Shown piece by piece: positions 1 to 8,337 of a stretch of 64,000 nucleotides of DNA (positions within the stretch are counted from its first letter, which is position 1; each line of letters opens with the position of its first letter). Under the pieces are notes generated by a model. It saw nothing but the letters and a program-made list of their open reading frames with translations. It was not told the origin of the DNA and did not search any database. A program made the position numbers and the translations under genes. The stretch comes from Spirochaetales bacterium. GTDB lineage: Bacteria > Spirochaetota > Spirochaetia > SZUA-6 > JAFGRV01. The stretch covers positions 32,146 to 96,145 of the forward strand of contig JAFGHO010000008.1 of the NCBI GenBank assembly GCA_016930085.1. The letters are read 5' to 3'.

Positions 1-1
1 A

Positions 2-418
2 AAATGGCGGTGGATCCTTTTCGATACCGACTGGACATTTTACGTGTATGAACGGGATTCGTTTTCCCGGAACTTCGATCCGGCCGGAAGGGGATATAAA
101 AATTTTTTTCCGACTCTTTTTATTACGACCCTGTTAACAAACGACGGCTTCACACAGCGGTTCAAGAAGAGATTCAACCGTCTCATGAAAACCACGTTCT
201 CCCGGGACCATGTTTGTTCGGTCATCGAGGCAAAGGCGGGTGCGATCGAGAGTGAAATGCCCGCGCATTGCAGGAGGTGGAACATGTCGATCGATGAATG
301 GAGAAAACATGTCGAATACCTGAAAAAATTCGCCGCAGAGCGTCCGTCTTATGTGTATGAACATTTCAGGGATTATTTCAACATGACGCAAAAAGAGTTC
401 GATGATCTGTCCGGCTGA
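2..418 (+). CDS. CotH-like protein, C-terminal fragment (gene runs off the 5' edge)
   Basis: The frame is open from nt 2 (KWRWILFDTDWTFYVYERDSF...). The ORF-track start at 44 is an internal GTG. 'DTDW' and 'EMPAHCRRWNMSIDEWRKHVEYLKKF' resemble the C-terminal part of CotH-family proteins as I remember them. A hairpin atgcgggaaa/tttcccgcat lies at 462-484 downstream. Confidence 0.45.
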   Translation, partial: KWRWILFDTDWTFYVYERDSFSRNFDPAGRGYKNFFPTLFITTLLTNDGFTQRFKKRFNRLMKTTFSRDHVCSVIEAKAGAIESEMPAHCRRWNMSIDEWRKHVEYLKKFAAERPSYVYEHFRDYFNMTQKEFDDLSG

Positions 419-741
419 CGTGGAAAAATATTTTTCATAAAGCGGAATAGTATTTCCTATAATGCGGGAAAATATTTCCCGCATTTCCGGTACGGGAAAT
501 AATCTCACATCTATAAAGCACTGAGAGCCCGTCCGTTCTCGATGTATGCGATATAATCTGGCATGATTTTTGCTTAAATAACAAGAGGACGTTCTACATA
601 TAACGGGAGAGGTGTGCCCGGTCTTGCCCGACAGGGTGGAAAGTTAGTATTATCGTTATCATAGCGCCGGATACGGGATGGAATTTCAACGGCTGTTGTT
701 ATCATGAATGTCGTACTCATGAACATGAAAAGAGAGTGGCA

Positions 742-3700
742 ATGAAAAAGGTAATCGAATATTTCGCGAATAAACCAATCTTCACGAATTTTTTAGTGAT
801 CGCCGTCTTTGTCGGGGCGGTTATATTCTGGTTTCAGACAGGGAAAGAGGAAATGCCGAATATCACGTTCGATTTTATGATGGTGTCGGCGAATTATACC
901 GGGGCGTCGCCCGAGGATATCGAATATTATGTGACCGCTGAAATCGAGGACGCGCTTACGGGAATCAATGGGATCAGGACGATCCGGAGCACGACGACGA
1001 CGGGAAACTGCAGGATTTTCGTCGAACTCGAACCGAATAATCCCGACAGACAGGAGACGATCGATGAAATCAAGGAAGCGGTCGACAAGCTTCAGTTTCC
1101 CGAAGAAGTGGAAGACACGGTACGGGTGAACGAGTTCAAGTCGAGCAACAGGTCAGTTCTGGATGTCATCCTCTACAACGATGAGGCGGAAATTCTTTCG
1201 GAGAAGCAACGGCGGGAACTCCAGGCAATGGCTGACCTTTTTTCAGAACGCCTCATCAGGCTTTCGATGGTGAGTGAGGTGAGTGTGTCGGCGGATCTCG
1301 AAGATAAAATCGATATTAATGTCATACCGGAAAAATTAAGTGAATATGAAATATCGCTTTCGGAAATACTTGCCCAGCTGAAAAGCTACAATATACGTCA
1401 GCCGGTCGGCACACTCGACAACATCGATGAAACGAGAGTCACCTATCTTGCCGAAATCAATGATCTCGATGATATCAGAAATATCATCATCCGTTCGGGA
1501 TTCGAAGGCCAGCGGCTTTATCTGAAAGATGTCGCTGTCGTCAGCCGCATTTTCACCGAGCAATCTTCGATCTACAAGGTAAACGGTCATGAAGCGGTGA
1601 GGTTGAATGTCGTCAAAACGACGAACGCCGGTATTATCGAAGCGGTGGATCAGATCAAGGAAGTTGTGACCGAGTTCACATCGACGACGTTGAAGGACAG
1701 CCTCATCAAGGTTGTACTTATGGATGATGAATCATCCAGTGTGAGGGACCGGCTTACCCTCATTGTCAGCAATGGTCTTCTGGGGTTTCTCCTCCTCATC
1801 ACACTTCTATTTATTTTTCTCAACTTTAAAAGCGGATTATGGGTCGCCATGGGTATTCCGTTTACCTTCAGCGTGACCATGATCTTTGCATCGCTTTTAG
1901 GTCACACGATCAACAACATGACCCTCGCAGCCGTCATTATCGTCATGGGGATGGTCGTCGATGATGCGATCGTTGTCGCGGAAAATGTTTCGCGTTTGAA
2001 AAGCCTCGGGGTTTCGACCGGGAAAGCGGTTGTGGAAGGGACGAGTCTTGTCCTGGTTCCGATTGTAGCGAGTATTACCACCACCTGTGCGGCGTTTATT
2101 CCCCTTTTCTTTTTCGAAGGCCGGTTCGGGATGATGACGAAATACCTGCCACCGATCATTTTCCTCATGCTGGGTGCGAGTCTCTTTGAAGCAGTCATTA
2201 TCCTTCCGTCGCACCTCAAGCATAATTTCCCCCGGTGGGTGAGAATACTCTTTTCACTCGGAACGATATGTATTATCGAGCGAATTCGAAAAAAAAGGGG
2301 AACCGGCCCAGAGAAGAAGGTTACCCAGGCAGACAACAACAGTAATAAAGCGCACTGGTTTTTTGCCGTTGAAGATGTTTACGGCAGGTTTCTGGCCTGG
2401 ATATTGAGAAAAAAAACGATCGTTCTGATTCTCTTTATCGGGCTGCTTGTCCTTTCCATTTTTCTCGTTAAGCAGATGAAATATGTCCTTTTCCCCGACG
2501 AAGAAACGACGGAGGTCATGCTGATTGGTTCAACGAAAGAAGGCATGAAAAAATACGAAACGGAAAAAAAGGTGAGGGAAATCGAGGCGATGCTTTTGCC
2601 CTATGTGGGGAAAGAGGTGGTGGGGATTACCACATCGATCGCGCGTGGAAGACGCGACGGTTCTGAAAACGAACACCGTTTTGTCGTTTTTCTCGATATC
2701 GTCTCAAAAGAAAAAAGAAAAAAAAGCGCGAACGAACTTATCGCCGATTGGGAGGCGCAGTTGGATGAGCTCGAGGGTTTCGATGAACTTTCCTTCGCAA
2801 AAAGCAGATTCGGCCAGTCGAGCGGAAGCCCGATCGATATCATCATTCAGGAGCGAAATCCGGAGAGGCAAAAGGATATCGCATCGGAAATTCTCGAGGT
2901 GATGGAAAGGGTTCCCGCGCTTATAAACGCAGAAATCGAGCGGAGTCCCTCCGAATCTGAAATAAAAATTTATACCGATCCGGAACTGCTGGGCAAACTC
3001 GATGTAAAACCCGAAACAATCGCCTCGACCTTGAAAATCATTCTCATCGGCGCGCGTGTGTATATCTTTCAGGAAGAGAACAAGGATATCGATGTCACTC
3101 TCACCATCGAGCAGGAAGTCAAACAAAACATCGAACGGGTATTGCAGATACCGGTGCAAAACGCAAGCCGTTACCTTATCCCCCTGAAAGACCTGACCTG
3201 GCTGCAGCGGATCGAAAGCCCGAATGCCATCAACAGACTCGACGGGTTGCGGGTTCTGCATGTGTATGCCGATTTGAAAGAGAAAACAGACGCAATGGAA
3301 AAGAATACCGCGACTTCGGGAACGCCTTCCCCCGAAGAATTGAAGACCCTGATGCAAAAGGCGCGGGAAGGAGATGAAGACGCCAGAAAGGAACTCGAGC
3401 GCCTTCGGCGGGAAGGGGTCATCGAGATGCCGATGAGGCCGGACGGTACGGCCCGGCAGGCGGGAGAGAGTGAAACAGGCGCGCCGGAACGGGAAATGCT
3501 CGATCTTCCTGAAATCATGACACCCCTCGAAGTTGCGGACTATTTCGAAAAGAATGTATTTCCCGAATTGCACCGCAAATATCCGGGCGCGCAGATCAGT
3601 TTCAGCGGCGAGGTAGAAGAAACTCGTGAATCCGGTAATCAGTTTTTAATCGCGATTATCCTTATCGTTGTCCTCATTTATGTCATTCTGGCGTTATCGC

Positions 3701-4194
3701 TCAATTCACTGGCAAAGCCTGTCATTATCATGCTTTCGATTCCCTTTGGATTTATCGGGATTATTCTGGCTTTTCAGGCGCACGGCATTGTCGTGTACGG
3801 ATTCTTTTCGATTGTCGGGGCGCTGGGACTGGCCGGCGTCGTCGTCAATGATTCGATCGTGATGCTCGACAAACTCGTACGGGAATACGGCAAGGACACC
3901 ACGAACGACAGACCCTCGCTCAAGGTCGCCAGGATCGCGAAGACGCGGCTCAGGGCTGTCCTGCTGACAACGGCCACAACCGTCGCGGGCGTCATGCCGA
4001 CCGCCTATGGTATCTTCGGTTACGATTCAATGTTGAGTGAAATGATGCTCGCCCTCTCATGGGGGCTTATTTTCGGGACAATGATAACATTGCTTCTTGT
4101 TCCTTCGCTGTATTGTTTTACAAAAGAGGCTGCCCTGTTTTTTAATCAATTACGGATCCCGCTTACGGCGGTGAAAGGAGACGCGCACTCATGA
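742..4194 (+). CDS. RND efflux transporter permease (AcrB/AcrD/AcrF family)
   Basis: The ORF is about 1150 aa. The N-terminus (KPIFTNFLVIAVFVGAVIFWF...NITFDFMMVSANYTGASPEDIEYYVT.EIEDAL) and the layout of two large loops plus two clusters of TM helices are typical of RND permeases. I prefer the ATG at 742 over the GTG at 736. Confidence 0.9.
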   Translation: MKKVIEYFANKPIFTNFLVIAVFVGAVIFWFQTGKEEMPNITFDFMMVSANYTGASPEDIEYYVTAEIEDALTGINGIRTIRSTTTTGNCRIFVELEPNNPDRQETIDEIKEAVDKLQFPEEVEDTVRVNEFKSSNRSVLDVILYNDEAEILSEKQRRELQAMADLFSERLIRLSMVSEVSVSADLEDKIDINVIPEKLSEYEISLSEILAQLKSYNIRQPVGTLDNIDETRVTYLAEINDLDDIRNIIIRSGFEGQRLYLKDVAVVSRIFTEQSSIYKVNGHEAVRLNVVKTTNAGIIEAVDQIKEVVTEFTSTTLKDSLIKVVLMDDESSSVRDRLTLIVSNGLLGFLLLITLLFIFLNFKSGLWVAMGIPFTFSVTMIFASLLGHTINNMTLAAVIIVMGMVVDDAIVVAENVSRLKSLGVSTGKAVVEGTSLVLVPIVASITTTCAAFIPLFFFEGRFGMMTKYLPPIIFLMLGASLFEAVIILPSHLKHNFPRWVRILFSLGTICIIERIRKKRGTGPEKKVTQADNNSNKAHWFFAVEDVYGRFLAWILRKKTIVLILFIGLLVLSIFLVKQMKYVLFPDEETTEVMLIGSTKEGMKKYETEKKVREIEAMLLPYVGKEVVGITTSIARGRRDGSENEHRFVVFLDIVSKEKRKKSANELIADWEAQLDELEGFDELSFAKSRFGQSSGSPIDIIIQERNPERQKDIASEILEVMERVPALINAEIERSPSESEIKIYTDPELLGKLDVKPETIASTLKIILIGARVYIFQEENKDIDVTLTIEQEVKQNIERVLQIPVQNASRYLIPLKDLTWLQRIESPNAINRLDGLRVLHVYADLKEKTDAMEKNTATSGTPSPEELKTLMQKAREGDEDARKELERLRREGVIEMPMRPDGTARQAGESETGAPEREMLDLPEIMTPLEVADYFEKNVFPELHRKYPGAQISFSGEVEETRESGNQFLIAIILIVVLIYVILALSLNSLAKPVIIMLSIPFGFIGIILAFQAHGIVVYGFFSIVGALGLAGVVVNDSIVMLDKLVREYGKDTTNDRPSLKVARIAKTRLRAVLLTTATTVAGVMPTAYGIFGYDSMLSEMMLALSWGLIFGTMITLLLVPSLYCFTKEAALFFNQLRIPLTAVKGDAHS

Positions 4195-5624
4195 CGGGTC
4201 ACTATCTTCGCATACTGTTTCTTTTTACAAGTTTATTCTGCACCGGGACATTGTCGGCACAGGAAGCCTCATCCGGAGAAACGGCGTCGACCGTCGTCAC
4301 ACTGGACGCATTTATCGAAGCGGTAAGGGGCAATTCCCATTTTGAAGAAATCCTTATCGACGAGTTGTCGCTTGTCTACAATGAGATACTCAACATACCG
4401 TACAGCGACTGGATCGTCGCGTTGAAGGGCGGTTACTCACTTCAATACGAGGAGGATATGACGCACGGGTTTATCATCGATTCCTCCCTTTCGAAACTTT
4501 TTCCAGAATCGGCCACCGGTCTGTCTCTCTCATATAAACTCTCGCCGTCGGTCTCACCCATGGCTCAATACTCGTCGAATGTAACGCTCGGCGTCGAACA
4601 GGCGATCGTCAAAAACGCGTTCGGAAAGACGAATACCATGAAAAAGGAAATCGCCGGTATCGAACGGGAAATCGCCCGGTATCAGATTGTCGAAGCCTAT
4701 GAAGATTATTGCGCCGCGCTGCTCGCACTCTATTACCAGTGGTATTCGGGGTACGGGAATGTCCTGAACGCCCGGCAGTCGCTTGACGACAGCAGGACAT
4801 TATTGAAGAATGTCGAGGAAAAGTTTTCTTTCAAGGTAGCGAGCACGAACGACGTCAACAAAAGCCGGCTGCAGGTTCTCTCAAAACGGGAAGCGCTTAT
4901 GAAAGCGGAACAGGACTATGAAGAGAAGACCATTCGTGTCGCCGAAGCGATGGGAAAGATGCGGGGGCCTGCCGGATTTCGTCCCGAGTGGAGGACGCTC
5001 GACATCGACATATCGGAATACGATAAAAAAACGGAGACGTTCATCGAAGAAAGCAGAACGTCCGGTATCCTGGACCGGCTTGCCGCCGTCAACCGGATCA
5101 ACAAAGCCATCGCCATGGACGATCTTCTTCCGTCCGCCACCCTTTACGCGACCTGTTCGGTAAGCGGCAATGACCGGCTTTTTTACCCGAATACACAGCA
5201 TGACATAAGGGCGGGTATCGACATCAAACTGCCCTTTCCCCGAACTCAGGGGGCCGCGTCATATAAAATAAAGGAGTTGAATCTCGAAAAAAATATCGTA
5301 AGCAGCGGGAACAAACTGCTGCTGCTCGAACGGGATCTCAGGATTCTGCTGCGTGAGATGGCGTTTCAGAAGGAGATGATCGGGCTTGCCGGTGAGAAAA
5401 TAAAGCTCGCAGAAGCGATCGTGAAAGAGGAAGAAAAGAATTACCGGAACGGAAAAACGGATCTCAACAATCTCATCTCCGCCGTTAACACGCTCGAATC
5501 GAACAGGTATGCTCAAAACAATTACGCGGTGCTCCTCCATCTTTCGTATATCGAATGGCTGCGGTTGACGGACAGCCTCGTGAATGAAAAGACCGATATC
5601 GAACTGGAAAAAACAAACGAATAA
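4191..5624 (+). CDS. TolC-like outer membrane efflux protein (OMF)
   Basis: 477 aa with a signal peptide (LFCTGTLSAQE) and long heptad-rich repeats typical of the OEP/TolC family. The start overlaps the RND stop (ATGA at 4191-4194), indicating translational coupling. Confidence 0.75.
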   Translation: MTGHYLRILFLFTSLFCTGTLSAQEASSGETASTVVTLDAFIEAVRGNSHFEEILIDELSLVYNEILNIPYSDWIVALKGGYSLQYEEDMTHGFIIDSSLSKLFPESATGLSLSYKLSPSVSPMAQYSSNVTLGVEQAIVKNAFGKTNTMKKEIAGIEREIARYQIVEAYEDYCAALLALYYQWYSGYGNVLNARQSLDDSRTLLKNVEEKFSFKVASTNDVNKSRLQVLSKREALMKAEQDYEEKTIRVAEAMGKMRGPAGFRPEWRTLDIDISEYDKKTETFIEESRTSGILDRLAAVNRINKAIAMDDLLPSATLYATCSVSGNDRLFYPNTQHDIRAGIDIKLPFPRTQGAASYKIKELNLEKNIVSSGNKLLLLERDLRILLREMAFQKEMIGLAGEKIKLAEAIVKEEEKNYRNGKTDLNNLISAVNTLESNRYAQNNYAVLLHLSYIEWLRLTDSLVNEKTDIELEKTNE

Positions 5625-5872
5625 CACCGCAAAGCGAAACCGGCGGGGAGACGAGTGTGCGACACGGGGGGATGCTTTGGTGAATGACGTTATTTTGATG
5701 ACGACAGATTGAAGACCTGAGTGAAGGTCTGGATATGGCGAGTGCTGCAGAAGGGGACATGGAGGGGGATAAGAAATATGGACGGAATGAAAAAAAATTC
5801 AGGATAAATTTTAATGGATACAAAAATCAATAGAAATAGAAGTAAATTTATTTTCAGGTATGTTTTTGAATT

Positions 5873-6238
5873 ATGTACATAAGATATGTCGTCGGATATG
5901 ATGATGAAAAATTACACCATTTAAATGGCGTTTTTTCATCAGCAAGAATTTTAAAAGATAAAGGAAAACTCTACCCCTATGAAGAAGCGTTTGTCGAAGA
6001 ACTATTTGAATGGTTCAACAGGAAATTGCCTTGTCCGCCTTTTTCATCGACAAATTGGCCTGATAATGCCGTAAGCTGGTTTAAAGATACAGCACTTGAG
6101 TATATTTCAAAATTAAGAGAAATAATTGCACTTATTGAAGAAAAAGGCGTATCGGTAAGAACAATTAAAACAAGTGACCCGGGGAAAATCGTTTATGAAG
6201 ATGATTTTCAGATAGTGGCGGTTAATAGAAAATATTAA
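5873..6238 (+). CDS. hypothetical protein (121 aa) in AT-rich island
   Basis: Clean ORF with an ATG start in AT-rich DNA. No motif recognised. A hairpin cgttc-gga-gaacg at about 6281-6293 follows the stop. Confidence 0.5.
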   Translation: MYIRYVVGYDDEKLHHLNGVFSSARILKDKGKLYPYEEAFVEELFEWFNRKLPCPPFSSTNWPDNAVSWFKDTALEYISKLREIIALIEEKGVSVRTIKTSDPGKIVYEDDFQIVAVNRKY

Positions 6239-6494
6239 ATAATTGATAAAATGACAGTTGATTAACAATGCCACCGCCGTTCGGAGAACGTCCTTTGCAG
6301 GTGGATTTTTACTTGTAAAAGTTTTTATTTCGCGGTCGTCTCCAGACTTTGTAACATTTTTGCCTTGTTATTTTGATATAAGTAAATTAATATAATCATG
6401 AAAAGTGCAACTGCTTACCAATTGTTTTCCTATATTAAAAAATTGCATCGGAAAATTGTCACAATGGACAATATTAGTGGTAAATTAATAATTT

Positions 6495-6932
6495 ATGAGT
6501 GAAAATATAATTTACAGACCTTCCATCTTATATAAAATCTTTTCCTTAAGTCTTTCTATTTTTCTTTTGGCAATTAGTATCCTGTATTTAGCCATTTTAC
6601 ATGAAACATACGGTATAAGGGCTATTTTTAACGGAATAATCTTTTTTGTTATTTCTTCATTTATAATAATTTCTACATTAACATGTAAAGTTATTTTAAC
6701 AAAAAAGCTTTTGTTATATAAAGTTATCGGCTTTATTCTTTATCGGATCCCAGTACATCAAATTACTTCAATTCACAAAGCGACAATTCTAGGTATTTAT
6801 TTTATTCATTATAAAAAGAAAAATAAAGTAAAGTATATTGGTCTCTTGTTTTATAGAAAAGCAAGAGATCTAATATTAAATCTGAAAAGAAATAATCCAG
6901 ATATTGAGGTTGTAGTTGAAATGAAGATGTAG
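6495..6932 (+). CDS. hypothetical membrane protein (two TM helices plus a small soluble domain)
   Basis: 145 aa with two hydrophobic segments (ILYKIFSLSLSIFLLAISILYLAIL and IIFFVISSFIIISTL) followed by a Lys-rich soluble tail. The coding region is very AT-rich. Confidence 0.5.
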   Translation: MSENIIYRPSILYKIFSLSLSIFLLAISILYLAILHETYGIRAIFNGIIFFVISSFIIISTLTCKVILTKKLLLYKVIGFILYRIPVHQITSIHKATILGIYFIHYKKKNKVKYIGLLFYRKARDLILNLKRNNPDIEVVVEMKM

Positions 6933-7423
6933 TAGATTGGTCCGACAATTTCATCTCATTTAGAATAGCTGGTTCATACCCGATGGAGTCAAAATCTTCG
7001 ATTCTCTCTTGCTAACTTCAGACTTTTAAACTATAATTTCGGCAGAGTTTAAATATAGTAATTTTTTCTCATACAGAATATACATTTACTTTAATTATTT
7101 GTGCCACTTAGAGGCACTTTGTAGATAAAATGAGAATAATCCTTCTTTTTTTTCAAAGAAATAAGTATATTAAAATCTTTTGAAAAAGCATATGCTGGGA
7201 TGAGTGAAGAACTTGGTGTTTAGGTATTCAAATTTCCTGATTCTCCAAGACCCTCCGTATTACTTCCTATCCCATAGGCACGTTAAAGAAAAAACGGGGA
7301 CATAGGCACTCAAGACTCCCGGCTGTAACATTTGGCAGGTAACTGCCCGATTCTACCTGACAGCAATAAAAGACAATTTCTCTGTGTTCTCCGAAAGCTT
7401 TGTGAGAAACCTTGGAGAAATGG

Positions 7424-7451
7424 ATATTGTTTCACACAGGGTGCTCAAAGG
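7424..7451. repeat. left arm of a 28-nt imperfect inverted repeat bracketing purN
   Basis: atattgtttcacacagggtgctcaaagg matches the reverse complement of 8183-8210 (atattgtttcacacaaagcgcacaaagg) at 24 of 28 positions. The first 15 nt are identical. Confidence 0.75.
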
Positions 7452-7554
7452 ACTGACAACTCTTATTGACAATTTATTTTCTCCATCATAGTCTGTTGAA
7501 GATGTGAACTCAAGACAATTGAAGTAATGTGAAGGAGAGGCGATTTACGGAATT

Positions 7555-8157
7555 ATGGTATCTTTAAGATTGGGATTTTTATCATCGCACGGCGGAACCA
7601 ATATGCAGGCAATAATCGATGCATGCAAAAACAACACATTGAACATGACTCCTGCCGTTGTCATAAGTAATAATTCAAGATCGATGGCTTCGCAAAAAGC
7701 CAAGAATGAAAAAATTCCTTTTTATCATATCAGTTCGAAAACGCATCCGGACGAAAATGAACTGGATGTTGCAATCATGAATGCATTAAACAGGCATGAC
7801 GTCGATATTGTCATTTTGGCGGGATATATGAAGAAAATCGGTAAACGAACAATTGATACGTTCAGTAATAAAATATTGAACATCCATCCCGCCTTGCTTC
7901 CGAAATATGGCGGAAACGGCATGTATGATATTTACGTTCATGAAGCGGTTTTGAGGAATAAAGAAAAGGAAACCGGTATTACAATTCATATAATTGACGC
8001 CGAGTATGATCATGGAAGGATCATCAACCAGGTGAGAATCAAGATAAACGAAAATGAAACAGCATATGATTTACAGAAACGGATATTGGAAAAGGAACAT
8101 ATTTTTTATGTGGAAACACTCGGGAAAATAGCAAATGGAGAACTATTGCTTGATTGA
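7555..8157 (+). CDS. purN: phosphoribosylglycinamide formyltransferase
   Basis: 200 aa with SSHGGTNMQAIIDA, DIVILAGYMKKIG, ILNIHPALLPKYGG and ETGITIHIIDAEYDHGRII, all classic PurN/formyl-transferase motifs. A gaaggagagg RBS sits at 7531-7540. Confidence 0.85.
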   Translation: MVSLRLGFLSSHGGTNMQAIIDACKNNTLNMTPAVVISNNSRSMASQKAKNEKIPFYHISSKTHPDENELDVAIMNALNRHDVDIVILAGYMKKIGKRTIDTFSNKILNIHPALLPKYGGNGMYDIYVHEAVLRNKEKETGITIHIIDAEYDHGRIINQVRIKINENETAYDLQKRILEKEHIFYVETLGKIANGELLLD

Positions 8158-8182
8158 AAATTCCTATTCTCTTCCTCCGTGG

Positions 8183-8210
8183 CCTTTGTGCGCTTTGTGT
8201 GAAACAATAT
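8183..8210. repeat. right arm of the inverted repeat bracketing purN
   Basis: Reverse complement of 7424-7451 (24/28). It is embedded in short repeated words: cctccgtggcc at 8174-8184 and 8240-8250, and cctccgtat at 7252-7260 and 8225-8233. Confidence 0.75.
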
Positions 8211-8282
8211 TCAATTCTTTATAGCCTCCGTATGCACCCCCTCCGTGGCCCTCTGAGTCACTCTCTCTTCCACCGTCACGTC

Positions 8283-8318
8283 AAAAAAAACCGGGAACAC
8301 GGACGCTCCGTGCTCCCG
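8283..8318 (-). terminator. intrinsic terminator of the ABC solute-binding protein operon
   Basis: On the minus strand the stem cgggagcacgga/tccgtgttcccg has one mismatch and a 3-nt loop. It is followed by eight T (plus-strand A8 at 8283-8290) and lies just past the stop at 8338. Confidence 0.7.
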
Positions 8319-8337
8319 TAATAGAGGTTTTACCCGG

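Noticed and set aside
2704-3573. 289-aa antisense ORF inside the RND permease gene. Similar long antisense or alternate-frame ORFs occur at 8420-8932, 41302-41931, 48866-49612 and 63220-63699.
   Set aside because: All lie fully inside well-supported genes on the opposite strand or in another frame. They have low-complexity, Arg- or Phe-rich composition and no RBS. They are typical shadow ORFs.
6933-7554. Purine or ZTP riboswitch upstream of purN
   Set aside because: The hallmark sequences are absent (purine three-way junction motifs; the ZTP ccgcctgggc pseudoknot segment). Only small unrelated hairpins are present (gtgcc/ggcac at about 7113-7129, ggcag/ctgcc at about 7335-7348).
8161-8280. 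Repeated cctccgtggcc / cctccgtat words as a CRISPR array or tandem repeat
   Set aside because: There are only two short (11-nt) copies with irregular spacing. There is no repeat-spacer periodicity and no cas genes.
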